A program made the position numbers and the translations under genes. Shown here piece after piece: positions 41,741-55,451 of a DNA stretch of 64,000 nt; position 1 is the first letter of the stretch; every line of letters starts with the position of its first letter. The DNA is from Octopus vulgaris (lineage: Eukaryota): positions 99,944,001 to 100,008,000 of the forward strand of contig OX597818.1 of the NCBI GenBank assembly GCA_951406725.2, written 5' to 3'. The notes below the pieces were generated by a model, which saw only the letters and a program-made list of their open reading frames with translations, had not been told where the DNA came from and did no database searches.

Positions 41741-42216
41741 GCATATATATTTGAGGAGATTCGTTAAAGGTATAAGAATATACCATGAAGAAGTACAAAA
41801 ATGGAGAGATGTTGAAACAAATAGATTTATTATAAAAGTAGATTCAATGCATACGTACGTTTTGAAAAACAATGCAAAAAGTTTAAGAAAAACTTTAAAA
41901 CATAGTGATTAAGATTATTATTGAAATTAAACAATTAAAATATTAAAATTGAGAATAAAAATAAAATTGAAGATTTAATTTATGCATTTTCATTCTCATC
42001 AGGGAAGAATATTTTGAAGGACATCAAAAAAATTAATACGATGAATATGAGATAAAATTAAAATAAAATGAAAATAAAATAGGATACAATCAGAGAACAC
42101 ATATGGGGCAATAAGGGAAATCTGGTAATTTACAAAGCAAGTTGTGAACGGGAAAAATAATGACATCAACAATACTAGTGGTGAGAGAGACGAAAAAAAA
42201 ATAATAAAAAATAAAA

Positions 42217-42620
42217 ATATATATCAGTGGGTATGCAAGTGTATATGTGTAGTGAAACTATAACATAAGAATCCAACGGAATAATAATAAACACCGTTCT
42301 AGACGAAATACAGTGTAAACAAGGCCACATGTGTCTCTTAGAGTACAATGTAACAATCTCGTTAGCGTCACACTCTGAATAAAATTCCTTGGTTTTGTCT
42401 CTGCTTTCACTCTCAAACATAGTGTTATACTTATTCGCTTTTCAATAAGACTATTATGTATATGTATATTTCTCTATGGATTTCTTATACTAATGAAATT
42501 GTTACACACACGGCCTTGTTCACACTGTATTTCGCCTAGAACGGTGCTTATTATTATTTTTTAAAATACATCCGTTGGATTCTTATGCACATATACACTT
42601 GCATACACATTGATATATAT
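42217..42620. repeat. diverged inverted repeat (~115 bp arms)
   Basis: 42217-42334 (tatgcaagtgtatatgtg..cataagaatccaacgga..caccgttctagacgaaatacagtgtaaacaaggcc) mirrors 42504-42620 (ggccttgttcacactgtatttcgcctagaacggtg..tccgttggattcttatgcacatatacacttgcata). Confidence 0.85.
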
Positions 42621-42719
42621 TGTGCGGAAACGCGCGTAGCGATGCATTAAAACTTTATATATTCCATCCAAGGATTATTGTTATTATTACTGTATAGGCG
42701 TGGCTGTATGGTAAGAAAC

Positions 42720-43170
42720 CACAGCACACCACCACTCCATACACCACCATACCACACAACCCAACATCACTCCACCCCGCACACTCTAGCACTGACCACT
42801 TCCCAGCACCTAACCAATATCCACACACCTGCAGATGCACACACGCACACGTCAAGCTCACCAACCTCCTTCCCCACGCACAAACACGCCCTCACCTTCG
42901 TATTTGGTTCATCACTACTTTATTACCTCCCCTTCTTCCTAGCTTTCCTGTGTGACCCCTCTGTCCGGTATTCGCCATGATAAATCGATAGGCACTAAAC
43001 CGTTTTCTATTGTCTCTCCCTGTTTATTTCTGTGTTCCTTTCTATCGAATAGAGTAGACTCGAATCATAAATGACTTTCTCATTTCACGAGCATTAAACT
43101 AATACTGCTGTTTGTTATTTACAAACCCGCCAGCATCTTTTGTTTTTTCTTTGTAAATTCTCTCTCTATA
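42720..43170 (+). mobile_element. Penelope-like 3' UTR/pLTR remnant with decayed minimal hammerhead
   Basis: A C/A-rich tract, then a pyrimidine tract, then tttctatcgaatagagtagactcgaatcataaa (43039-43071). It parallels the 6648-6840 unit and ends in (TA)n. Confidence 0.45.
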
Positions 43171-43209
43171 TATATACATATATATATGCATATATACATA
43201 TATATTCGT

Positions 43210-43389
43210 GTGTCGTTTGGCCATCGATGTTGGTACCCGAAACTTAGCTTCCGGCAAAGGAAACCGACAGTATAATTACTAAGCTTACAAAGAATAAGTT
43301 CTGCAGTCACTTTGTTCGACTAAAGGCGATGCTCCAGTATGGCTGGAGTCAAATTTGTGAAACAAGGAAAAGAGAAGAAAAAATAAAAG

Positions 43390-43390
<1 letters not shown>
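43210..43390 (+). mobile_element. SINE family B, 3' half
   Basis: cttagcttccggcaaaggaaaccgacag..gcttacaaagaataag..ttgttcgactaaaggcgatgctccagtatggc. Confidence 0.75.
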
Positions 43391-43428
<38 letters not shown>

Positions 43429-43573
43429 AAAATAAGAGAAAGACAGAGAGAGGGAGACAAAGAAAGAGACATAGAGAGTGAGAGAGAGAGAGAAAGTGAG
43501 AGATAATAGAGATAATACACGTTTGTATATTCGTTTTGCAAGGTTCTTGATGTTAATTCGTGTGTTGAAACAG

Positions 43574-43991
43574 ATATTGCTGTATTTGGGGACGGTCATG
43601 TTGCCAGTTTAGCCAATGGCAATACACGCACTATATATTTGGTGTTCACTTGGTCCAGCTTAATTTATATTAATTATATTTCGGCTACAGTTCTTTCGTC
43701 ACACTTCTGTGACCTCATCTGTGGTCCTTTGCTTTTTTCTTTCTTTTTTGTGTCTCTCCTTATTAACGATCTGCCATTGTACACAAAATGGCAGCTCATC
43801 AGTAAGGAGAGAAACAAAAACAAAAGAAGAAAGCAAAGGACCACTGATGTTGTCACAGAAGTGTGACGAAAGAACTCTAACCGAAGCGTAATTAATATGA
43901 AATATAACCGAGCAAGTGAACACCAAATATATAGAGCATGTGTTTTTAATGGCTAAACTAGCAACATGATCATTCCCAAATACAATAATAT
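43574..43991. repeat. 418 bp fold-back palindrome containing hammerhead-derived motifs
   Basis: The arms mirror about 43782/43783 (ctgccatt gtacacaa aatggcag), for example ttctttcgtcacacttctgtgac / gtcacagaagtgtgacgaaagaa and tatatatttggtgttcactt / aagtgaacaccaaatatata. Confidence 0.95.
43838..43882 (+). ncRNA. decayed hammerhead motif (mirrored in the left arm)
   Basis: ggacca CTGATGT t gtcac agaagt gtgac GAAA gaac TC. The left arm read on - gives CAGATGA g gtcac..gtgac GAAA gaac TG. Their consensus restores CUGAUGA..GAAA..CUC. Confidence 0.5.
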
Positions 43992-43995
43992 ATAT

Positions 43996-44192
43996 TCTTT
44001 TATTTGTTTCAGTCATTTGACTGTGGCGATGCTGGAGCACCGCCTTTAGTCGAGCCAATCGATCCCAGGATTTATTCTTTGTAAGCCTAGTACTTATTCT
44101 ATCGGTCTCTCTTGCCGAAGCGCTAAGTGAGGGGAACCTAAACACACCAGCATCGGTTGTCAAGCAATACCAGATGGACAAACACAGAGACA

Positions 44193-44277
<85 letters not shown>

Positions 44278-44436
44278 GACGGGATTCTTTCAGTTTTCGC
44301 CTACCGAGTCCACTCACAAAGCTTTGGTCAGCCCGAGGCTATAGTAGAAGACACTTGCCCAAGCTACCACGCAGTGAGATTGAACCCGGAACCATGTGGT
44401 TGGTAAGCAAGCTACTTATGACACAGCCACTCCTGC
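43996..44436 (-). mobile_element. SINE family B, full length
   Basis: Tail ttgtttcagtcatttgactgtggcgatgctggagcaccgcctttagtcgagc, internal CA/TA tract, head gaacccggaaccatgtggttggtaagcaagctacttatgacacagccactcctgcg. Confidence 0.92.
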
Positions 44437-47400
44437 GTACATATATATTCATGTATCTATATATACCTAACTATTTGTTCGTGGTATTCTTAAAAAGGAA
44501 AAAAACATGCACCTTCATGGAAACGTTTTCTCATATGAAATAAATTGTCTTTGCAAATTACGAAATATTTCTTACCAGACTACCACGTTAAAAATATGCT
44601 GTGAATCCGCAACACGTCCATGATAGTGGAGAATGTAAAGCCATATAACGTATAAATGCTTTCACATAATATTTACACGTCAAGCTAAATGCATGATATT
44701 TACTATCGCTTATAAATGAGTTGGATGTCATGAGTTCTACTTTAAGAGGGGAAGGTAAATTTATGTGCATTTGGATAAACAATTAATACTAACAATTTAT
44801 ATAACGCAATGTCTAATGCTTTGAAAAGTTAGTGAGAATATGTCATGTAATAATCGAGTTGCCTGGTATGAAAGGAGAATGATATTCTCATAAAAGGGAA
44901 CATACATAATAAACTGATGTAAAGGGACACCATTAAATATTTTCCCCTGCATAGTTTGTTACGGTTAGTTTCCGTTGAATTATACAGTTAAGAGCGTGTT
45001 AAAATGACTGTACTTAATATAATTCTAAATATTTCGGTATCTGTAGCGAACGCGACATAGAGAAAGCGCAATCTCTTCTAACTGTCACCAAAAAGAAAAT
45101 TTAAAATATAAGGTGCATAAAGTATTCAGCGGTGAGTATCTGCAAACTACATACATTTACAATTTTGTTGTTTTGTTGAAAAACCCGTGTGTGTCATGGG
45201 CTATTTCGTACAATAGAATCGGTGACGCTTCACGATCATTTCAGGTTTCAGCCGTTTGCCTGCAAATCTGTTTATATTATTCACTCTGTTAGAACCCACT
45301 CGTTAAAAAAAATACTGAATGCAAAATCAACAGATGTACGAAATAAAATTAAGCAGTGTAGCATTTATAATGTTCTGAAAGGTGAATGAAATGAAATAAG
45401 TGGTATTATTCAATATAAAAAATAAATTGAAAAACCGGATTGAAAACGCAACTTAGTCGAAGTTACTTCTATATGGTGATGATAAATTATTCTCTATTTG
45501 TATATCACAATTTTTCGGTAACATTACGACATGGAGTTATATCTTGCATCTTCTAGAGAAAATGCTAATTGGAATCATTGTTTTGTTCATTAATAACATG
45601 CATACCTCATAACAATTTCTTACGTCAATATTTATTTTGAAAAGAATATGCTTGGAAAGTGACAATAATGTTAGGTTTGGTTATAAGTGTATTATAATTG
45701 TAGCATCTTGATCACGAGTTTATATCGTTTCAATGGTGGAGAAAAAGCTAAATGTTTGTAAAACCTTTTTGCTTTTTGCAATTTCTGAACTTGAAAGAAT
45801 AGCTTCGTCTTTACGTTATTTTCTAGAATTTATCTATGAATATTAACGTATGATTATTAACAGTAGTCTTAAACATACAACGTCAACTTTGATGTATATT
45901 GTCTTCATGAACTGTTAATGACATTTTTATACAAAACAGAAATAAAGAACAGCAATTATAATCTGCAAAATGAGGAAAAAAGAATAAAACTACGTTAACA
46001 TATTCCTGAATTGCAATAAACGACGTTTAACAACTCTGCTTAATCTTAAAATGTATAGAATCTTGAAATGTCTCAAGGGTAGAGAATTCATGAAAGAAAT
46101 AAAAATAATAGATTTTCTAACCTTGGCTCCATACTATTACGTTTAATTTATTTTCTAATGCACGTTTCTACATGTTTTATTTCATATGTTGTTTTGGAAG
46201 CAATGTTATACAGATAAAATGAATTTCAGCCTAGAAATGAATATCTATTGAGCGCTTGGCTGAACGCGATTTAAAAATAGGTGTAAAATAGTGTAAAAAG
46301 AGACCTGCTATTCAATCATTGTAAATCTTCCCAAAGGGCAGAACGTGTTTAAAATTTTATTTCCGAGTTGTTGCTTTAATAACTTAGGTGAGGTAGAAGG
46401 GGAAACATGAACTAATGGCAGGGAATAATGCTGATGAAATTCCAATAATAAGGTAATTCTGTCATTACAACGAGAAACAAATTTAATTTAAATATGTCAA
46501 GTCCTGAGGCCTTTTTCATTCAATAATATTTCCTTTTGCCTTTACCTCCCCTGTGATGAAAAGTAATGAAAAATGATGGTTACTGTGATATAGAGGATGC
46601 TGTCCTTGATGGGCTGGGTGGCGATATTAGTTGAATAGTGAAAGTGGTAACAACGTTTGTACTAATATTCGTAATACTGCACTCTTAAGGCAACATCTCA
46701 ACTTTCCAATAAAGCCAGTGGCAAAGAAAATAATTCAGTTGACAATGTGTATTTTGCTTTTTTCTATTAATGCTGATATTAGTCAGGTCTTTTTATAGGA
46801 GTCAAAATGCCAGTCAATTTGGACAATGGCTCGCAGTTAGACATACACATGCTTAGAGTTTACGCGCACGTTTCTTCCTAATATTACTTATTGCATTCAC
46901 AAATATAGTCTTAACAAATAAGATGATGGTTACGTCGTGAAATTTGTTGATGAAAGAAAATATATTCAGTGATGGGTAACCTGGGGCTAAACATTAGAAA
47001 TAGTTGCATTTAAAAAAAAAATTCTGACAGGAGAACAAATGATATGCACTAATTTACCCAGCCTTAATAATGAACAAACTTCAAATTGGAATTTGTTTTA
47101 CTTATCTAAATGTGTGAAATGTTAATATAAGTTAGTTTAGATCGTATCCTCTGATAACTGAGTATAGAACAAAAATAGAAGAATCGCTAGATTCACCGAC
47201 TGAATATATTAAACTATACAGAATCCAGAAATAAATACAGAAATAAAACAGAAAATATTTGTACAAAATATTATCTCTATTTTTAGCTTAATGTTTTTGA
47301 AATCGTGAAAATTACATTTCGGTATAAACTTTTGAATTATCTTCCAAAAAGTTTTGCTTTTTGTATTTCATTTTGTTGCAATTTTCACATTTTACTTCCA

Positions 47401-47683
47401 GAAATCATTAGTTTGTTTGATATTCTTCTAGTTTAATCACGATTTTAGAAGCTAGATAAACATAATTTAATATGACAGCAATTGCATGAGTGAATTCATA
47501 ACATCGAACAAGAAGGAACCATCGTCATCTTCACCTACGTCATCAAAAACATCAGAAACATCATCACTAATATTAGCGATAGCGAATCATCGTTACCATT
47601 ATCTATGTTATCAATATCATCATCATAGACACCAATCATAAATGATGGTAATATCTTTGTCGTTCCTCATACCGTATTTACCG

Positions 47684-47748
<65 letters not shown>

Positions 47749-48393
47749 CATTATTATTATTATTATTATCATTATTATTATTACAATTAACTTTATCCAC
47801 ATAATCATGAACATCGATATTATTACTCTCATCGCTGCAATAAAATTTATCGACATCATTATAATTGTCAACGCCAACATTAATATCCTCAGCATGGCCA
47901 CACACAGAAACTCAACGTAACAACCGTAACAAATGAAACAACGAAATAATGAAAACGGAAACTATTGCTTGGTTGCTGTATATTCTAGATTCAGCTCTCA
48001 AATCTCGCTCACATAAAGCACCATAGTCATAATTGTTAACATCAGCATCCTCGTCCTCCTACTCATCATCGTTATCGTTGTCGTCGGGTCGTCATTTTCA
48101 ACAGAACAGGTAAATGATTATTTGCAGAAGGTTATTGAAAACACAGGTATCGAGTTCAATTTAAAATAAAAAAGTAAAATGAAGCTATGGAACTAAAATG
48201 AATTCACAAAATCTAATTGTATCATTTATTTTTAAGTATTTTCTACAACGAACGTGTGATGAGAATTGCCATTGAAGGGCCTGTGAATCCACGTTCAAAA
48301 ACAACAGTGTTCCGGATGAAATACCTTAACATATGTTCTCTAGTCTGGATGAGAGTCACATAGATATTATTAATAATTATTAATATTTTTGTT

Positions 48394-48617
48394 TTAATCC
48401 TTTCGCATTCAAATTATTTCGTCAAATGTAACGCGTATTTATTCACATAGTTTTGAATTAATCATGCATTATCTCACAACGTCGATATTTTTATGATGTG
48501 AATGTTTATTTTCGGAATAGCCTTCTAGAGAAAATGTGACGGGCCTGATGTGGCTGATTTGAATATAAAATAGAATATCTGGACCGGATATGACTAGTTT
48601 AATTGCTAAAGAGCTGA
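48394..48617. mobile_element. diverged piggyBac-like MITE
   Basis: The ends ttaa-tcctttcgcatt ... aattgctaaagag-ctga look like decayed TTAA-CCCTTTAGCATT / AATGCTAAAGGG-TTAA termini. Confidence 0.5.
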
Positions 48618-49618
48618 GACGCAAGGAAATACAGGTTGTGGAATTTGAACACAGTGTCGTTAATATCCATTCAGAGCAGTTGACATTTTTTGAAATATAT
48701 GTCTTTTAGGAAACTTTTAATCGACATATCATTTAGTATGTGTATTTCACGTAGCTCTTCTCTCTCATTCAATTATATAACCACTATTTAGAAAATAAAA
48801 TAGAAAAAAATCCCATTATACTTAACTACTGAATGAATAAAGTCGCCATTTCTTAGATATGAACGTAATAGATTTGTGAGGTCATGTGTTCAAATTGATC
48901 TATGATATAATGGATGTTGTACATTTAACCACTGAAATAAGAAGTATGACCAATCTCAAACGGTAGATAACGAATGCGTGACGCCATTTAAAAACGGGTG
49001 AATTGTAGGAAGTAAGCGTACTGAGTTTGCCGATTTTCTTTGCACTCAACATACGCAAAACATCTGACAAAATCTCACTCCTTTCAAGATTACATGATGT
49101 ATTTATCTCGTTGTATGCCCTACACTAGAATAATTCCATGAGAGTAGACTTAATTCTGTCCTTTCCGAAATGGCATCCCTATTTCTCAGAGATCAAGATT
49201 CTTGTGTTCGTTCAATCTTTCTTTGTTGTTCATTTCTCTTACTAGAGATCTGGCGATCATATATTTGATTAATGCTCCCTAAAGGCCAAAGTCACGTCGG
49301 GTGCACAAGTATACATGAGTTCACACAAATAGATCATAAACACAGACGAAAACCAAAACAGACACATACATACGTGTATAAAGATACACATACACTCAAA
49401 CATATGAATTACACAAAAAGCACGTACACACACATACAAAACACACATATACAAATGCTATTCATAGTGTTTAAAATATGCGAACGTAATTACACAATCA
49501 TAGCCGTAACATAGTTTTACAAAGAGAAAGATATATACATGCACGATACAGTTTTCCCTTACTGGCCTGTCTGTCTCTTTATTAGCTTCTCTTACGCCCT
49601 ATCTCTCTCCTTGTATGT

Positions 49619-49649
<31 letters not shown>

Positions 49650-51110
49650 CACATATAGTCATGCATATATAAATATATATATATGTACATATATTCATAT
49701 ATACAAATATATATATATGTACATACATATGTGTGCCAATGTTTCATCATGTATATATGTCTGTGTATGTGAGTATGTGTGCGCATAAACCGGTCACATA
49801 TAGCGTGACTATTAAGTTATTCGAATGAATGAAGCAGCTATTGCATTGATCATGTAATCAATAAACCATTGTATTGAAATATTGATCGGAAAAGGGTTCT
49901 CTTACATATCACACATCTTATACCATTTCTACTGCACACTTGTAAAGACCTAGTTTAGCGTTGCTTCAATATTTTAAACTCACTTACACGAGCAACATGA
50001 ATGCGCTTCAGAAAAAGGAAAAAAAGTCCTGTCTTTGATATTCACCCATTGTACTCCATTAGGCTGATATAGCTACTGTTTTTATTTTCTTTGGTGTTGT
50101 TAATGTGAATACTGAGTTATACTTCCCGTTCCCGTTCTTTATAAAGAAAATATGGCTCAACATTTATGGTGTTTCCAAAATGTATTAGCTTTTTGTGTAA
50201 TTGACACCCAATATGTTGATTAGTGATGGAATCAAACCGACCAAAGAAATATAACAAAGCATTACCTGAATCTTTGTGTACAATGGGTCAGAATTGCTCT
50301 GCTTTGGTTTGTATAGTATTTAATATTGTTTAATTTAAGGGCATCGTTTGAAGTAGTAAATTTTTAAGCTCAAAAAACACATAGTATATATACAAATTAC
50401 ATGTACAAGTATAAGAAATAGAAAATGTTTGTAGACGAACAAGTTATTGTCAGATGTTTAAGTTAAATCTTAGAATTTTATAATGCGAAGAATATTTAAA
50501 TGAGTAAATGGACAATTGATTGTTTGAGAGTATCAGTGCTTCTCGTTTCATCTAGATCACTCTCCTTTGAGTGTTAGATATCGAAATACATGAATATGAA
50601 AAACACATGAATAAACCTGGTGAAATATTTTAACATAAAGAACTTTGGAAAACCTCTTAGGTTTGTCGCTACATTGAAAGTTTAGCGCTAACGTCAGGTT
50701 ATAAAACACCGATTCTCAGATGCTATCAAGTTATACACCTTGGGCACATGGTTTTGGAAATTCCTAGTAAACATTCAATCTCCATCAATACATAGTTGCC
50801 GTGGTCGGAAATGTAATTGACGTTATTATTCAATAATTATTTGTTATAATTATTCTTGCTCCGCAAAATACTACAGGCAAACACGCAGGTATAAAATGTC
50901 TCGCCGCTTTCCTGAGGCACTGAAATAAGTCTCGGTTATAGAACAAATTGTTTTAATTGATTATACATCTCATAAAATGTTTGGTTTTGTATCTAATGGA
51001 AACAATAAACTAAGAACAGATATGTACGTACCCATGTATGTATTTATGTATGTATGTATATCCATGCAAGCATACAAGTATGTCAATGTATATATCTATC
51101 TACATATATA

Positions 51111-51141
<31 letters not shown>

Positions 51142-51418
51142 CTACGATATATCCGCATGCATATATATATATATATACACACATATATATCTATATAGAA
51201 AGATAGATATATGTATATGTATGTGTGTGTATATCTACATACATATACTTATACATACATACATCTACGTGTATATCGCTGTATCTGTGTATGTCTGTGA
51301 ATGTGTGTATGTCTGTATGTACTGATAGATATATAGGGAATCAGACAGAGTGGGAGTTTCAATCAGACAGAGTGGGAGTATACACATCAGACAGACAAGT
51401 GTGGATATATATATAAAG

Positions 51419-51475
<57 letters not shown>

Positions 51476-51814
51476 ATCATGATAATGAATGCAGCGTAAA
51501 GTGAAGCCTTTCCGCTTTCCACTATTGTATTCCTTAGTCTTCCTTTTACAAACAGTTTACATTCATAGTTTGAATTGAATGGTGAGAATATGCCCGCAGT
51601 CGAAAAGTTTCAAAAGAGTTTAGAAAGTTATTGTAATTATACAACGGTGAACATGAAACAAATAACGAGTTGAATGGCCTAACCCAAAGAATGTTCAAGA
51701 ATTTTCTAAGATAGAACTGATAACATCGCCATTCAAAGAGAAATTTCACTATCTATAATCTTGGTCTCCGATTAAAAGGCAAAATAACCTACATCTCTCT
51801 TATGTTATAGATTA

Positions 51815-52208
51815 CTAGCAATATCGCCCGGCGTTGCTCGGGTTTGTTTCAACCCTTTAGAATTGGAATTTTCGAAAAGTAAAAATTTTGCATTATGTAG
51901 CTTGTTAATCTCTTTTTAAGTGTACATTTTTCTGGTTGAAATACACCGAAAAACGGCGACAAAGCAGAAAAAAAATCGTAAAAAATAGGGATTTTTATTG
52001 AAAATAAGCACCCTTTTTGATGTAAATAATTTTTGGTGTTAACATGGTCCGATTTGAATTTTTACTTCTACGGAAGGAAGAGCAAGCCTTCTATCATATT
52101 CTCAATTTTGGTCAACTTGCGCCGCAGGGTCTCGGAGGAGATAGTGTTAGTTGAAGGCTATCAAACCTGCCATACATACACAAATTCAGCTTTATATATA
52201 TATATAGA
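51815..52208 (-). mobile_element. non-autonomous Helitron
   Basis: The - strand starts A|TCTATATATATATATAAAGCTG and ends CCCGAGCAACGCCGGG-CGATATTG-CTAG|T: 5' TC, 3' GC hairpin plus CTAG, A|T insertion site, no TSD. Confidence 0.85.
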
Positions 52209-52483
52209 TTATGATGTTAACGTGAGGCTGGAAGGGGGTCACAGAGAGGAACAGAGAGTGCAGGGGAAAGGAGAGAATGAGAAATGGAGTAAGAGAATGA
52301 TGCATTCAAAGGCTTTTTGAAAACAAATTTTCAAAATTGGTTACATATAGAACTCTTGATTCTTTACACAAACTTCTTGCATAGATGGCGTCCTTATTCC
52401 CGGTTGTATGGTTTCCAATGTCGTTTATATGATGATGTGGACTGGTTTGTGCACACAAAACTATAAGGAAGGCGGAACTGAGC

Positions 52484-52752
52484 CAACCTGTTATTAAATA
52501 TTCTTAATTATAACCAAATATTTTGAGTACATTTTTTCACCGTGCTGCTACTTGTATATATCTATCTGTCTACCAATCTATCAATCTATCTATTCTATTT
52601 TTTTTTCATTTTTTTTTTGTTCTTTTCTTCCCTTTTACGATCCCTCTTGATCGAAAACCTACGCCACCCCCTTTTTTTCATCCCCCAAAAGAAAAGCTCT
52701 ACCTTGTAACTTGTCCCATCTGTGTGCAGCCCTGTGTGGCCAATAAAGAAAC

Positions 52753-52818
<66 letters not shown>

Positions 52819-52983
52819 GTCTGTCTGTCTGTCTGTCCGTCCATCTGTCTATCTATCAGTCTGTCTATCATCTATCAACCTGTTATTAAATATTCTTAAT
52901 TCTAACCAAATATTTTGAGTACATTTTTTCACTGTGCTGCTACTTGTATATATCTATCTGTCTGTCTATCTGTCTACCAATCA

Positions 52984-52993
<10 letters not shown>
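52484..52993 (+). repeat. ~110 bp direct duplication enclosing a retroelement 3' tail
   Basis: caacctgttattaaatattcttaatt(a/c)taaccaaatattttgagtacattttttcac(c/t)gtgctgctacttgtatatatctatctgtc at 52484 and 52876. Confidence 0.9.
52595..52755 (+). mobile_element. LINE-like 3' end ending AATAAAGAAA plus (TATC)n
   Basis: ctctaccttgtaacttgtcccatctgtgtgcagccctgtgtggccaataaagaaac followed by (tatc)n; it resembles the SINE C tail. Confidence 0.55.
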
Positions 52994-53059
<66 letters not shown>

Positions 53060-53184
53060 GTATGTCTGTCCGTCTATCTATCTGTCTATCTATTGGTCTG
53101 TCTATCTATTTATCATCTATCTATTTGTCTATCAATCTGTCTGTCTTCTATCTATCTATGTATCTGTCTATCAATCTGTCTGTC

Positions 53185-53228
<44 letters not shown>

Positions 53229-53229
53229 C

Positions 53230-53262
<33 letters not shown>

Positions 53263-54174
53263 ATGTATGTCTGTCTATCATCTATCTGTGTGTATCTCTG
53301 CGCATATATGTACACACACAGGCAGACAGACACACACACACATATATTTAAAAAATTATGCTATGTTGGTAAAGTACCGCGTAGGGTATGGAGTTCAACG
53401 GGGTGCAAATGATTGATACAGATTAAGATTGATAGAGTAGCAGTGAGTAAAAGAAGAAAATAAAGAGATAATCTACAAGAGGAGCTCCGTAGAGATTCTA
53501 GCTAATTCCATTTTAGAGATGAATGAATCAGGAAACAAAATTCAATACGGTATGAGTTATGACTCCATGCCAAAACTATGACAATTTTTAACGCTGTACC
53601 ACAACTCAACGTAATGGCTTAGAAGTACGTAAACACACAATGCATAGAAATTTTTCCGTTCCTTGTTATGTTATTTTACGTGTGTAATTACCACGCTGCC
53701 ATTAGTGAGTACATATAATACTTCGATATAAGGCAAACAATATCACAGCACTTTCATGCATATGCATGGCAGCACGGACAATTTCTGTTTTCCATTTCCA
53801 ATTTAGCCTGCAGATGTGCCGTAATTATCCTGTCATTTGATCGTTGCTTGCTTTGTACGTTAGTATGGAATCAGTGTTTCCACAATATCCTTAACATCTC
53901 GGTTCGAATGTAAAAAAGAAAAAAAAAATCAAATAGGAAAAATATCCACACAATGACTGATCGCAAGAGATGATATGATTATCATACATAATACACCAGC
54001 AACAAAATATTCATTAAATATCATTCCTAGAACTAGCCATAATTGCAGATGGAGAACATAATTATAAATTCTAATTTAGAAGTATCAGTGTCCAACAGGA
54101 CAAGAAATCAACATTACAGCGCACGTTAGCATCGTGATTATACATGCTCCGTGGCAATAGTGTGCAAGGTCGAC

Positions 54175-54228
<54 letters not shown>

Positions 54229-54232
54229 ATGT

Positions 54233-54267
<35 letters not shown>

Positions 54268-54269
<2 letters not shown>

Positions 54270-54430
54270 GGGATAAACCACTAGGTGGATAACCAATACG
54301 GTAGAAGAAGATCACATACGATCTAACTACAACGAAAAGAATGTTCTCCAGGGAACACTCTTTCTTTGTAGTTAGATCGTATCTTATCTTCCTCTAGCGT
54401 ATTGGTTATCCACGTAGTGGTTTATTCCTA
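54268..54430. repeat. 163 bp fold-back hairpin (MITE-like)
   Basis: tagggataaaccactaggtggataaccaatacg..atacgatctaactacaa mirrors ttgtagttagatcgtat..cgtattggttatccacgtagtggtttattccta; axis at about 54349. Confidence 0.9.
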
Positions 54431-55082
54431 AATATGCACAGGTATTGAAATTTCTTCTGCTTATTCAGATTTTTTTATATATGCTAGGCTACTAGTTTTA
54501 AATTGACATTAATTAAATTAATATTCAATTTATCTCCCTCATCATTTAAATATATATATATGGAAACAGTCAAGATAGAAAATGCTAAAATAATTTTATA
54601 AAAAAAATTTCAGTACAGGTTTCAGTCATTGAGACGTTCAACTCTAAGTATGGAAAACAATTAAATTTTGGAAAAATTAAAGCAAGGCTTCTTTTAAAAG
54701 AATATTTGCATACTGTTCAAATACAAGTTGCATTTTCCTTGTTTCTGTCTGTTTCTCTCTCTCATATAAATATATATATCTATATATGGCACAACAACAA
54801 ACATAATGACGGTTTGAGAAACGATTTTAAAATGTGTATCAGGGTGACACTCAAGAAAATTGAAAGATATCTTTAAACACTTTGAGCCAACGTTCCCTTA
54901 CAGAAAGAAGTTAATGAAAAGAGAAAAATGGTAGACAGAAAAAGAATCAGGCATTTCTCAACTGAACGCTCAATTTTGCCTGTATGTGTGTGTGTGTTTG
55001 TCTGCATACCTCTAGATAATCTGTGTGCGTCTATTTTACATTGAAGTAAGCAATTAATTTGGTAAATGCTGAGAGAATCCTT

Positions 55083-55451
55083 GGCACTCCGTCGGTTGCG
55101 ACGACGAAGGTTCCAGCTGATCCGATTAACGGAACAGCCAACTCATGAAATTAACGTGCAAGTGGCTCAGCACTTCGCAGACACGTGTACCCTTAACGTA
55201 GTTCTCGGGGGAGATTCGGCGTGACACAGTGTGTAACAAGGCTGGCCTTTTGAAATACATGTACAACAGAAACAGGATGAAAGAGTGATGAAGATGTGGT
55301 GAAAGAATACAACAGGATTCTCCAGCGGGATCCTCATGGAGCTTTAAGTGTTTTCGTTCAATAAACACTCACAACGCCCGGTCTGGGAATCGAAACTCCG
55401 ATCCTATGACCACGAGTCCACTGCACTAACCACTGTACCAATGCGACTCCA
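55083..55451 (-). mobile_element. SINE family A
   Basis: ggcactccgtcggttgcgacgacgaagg..gttctcgggggagattcggcgtgacacagtg..caataaacactcacaacgcccggtctgggaatcgaaac. Confidence 0.9.

Noticed and set aside
41845-42006. CUGAUGA and AAAAC GUAC GUA halves on the - strand
   Set aside because: The core G is mutated and stem I is unpaired; at most a decayed remnant.
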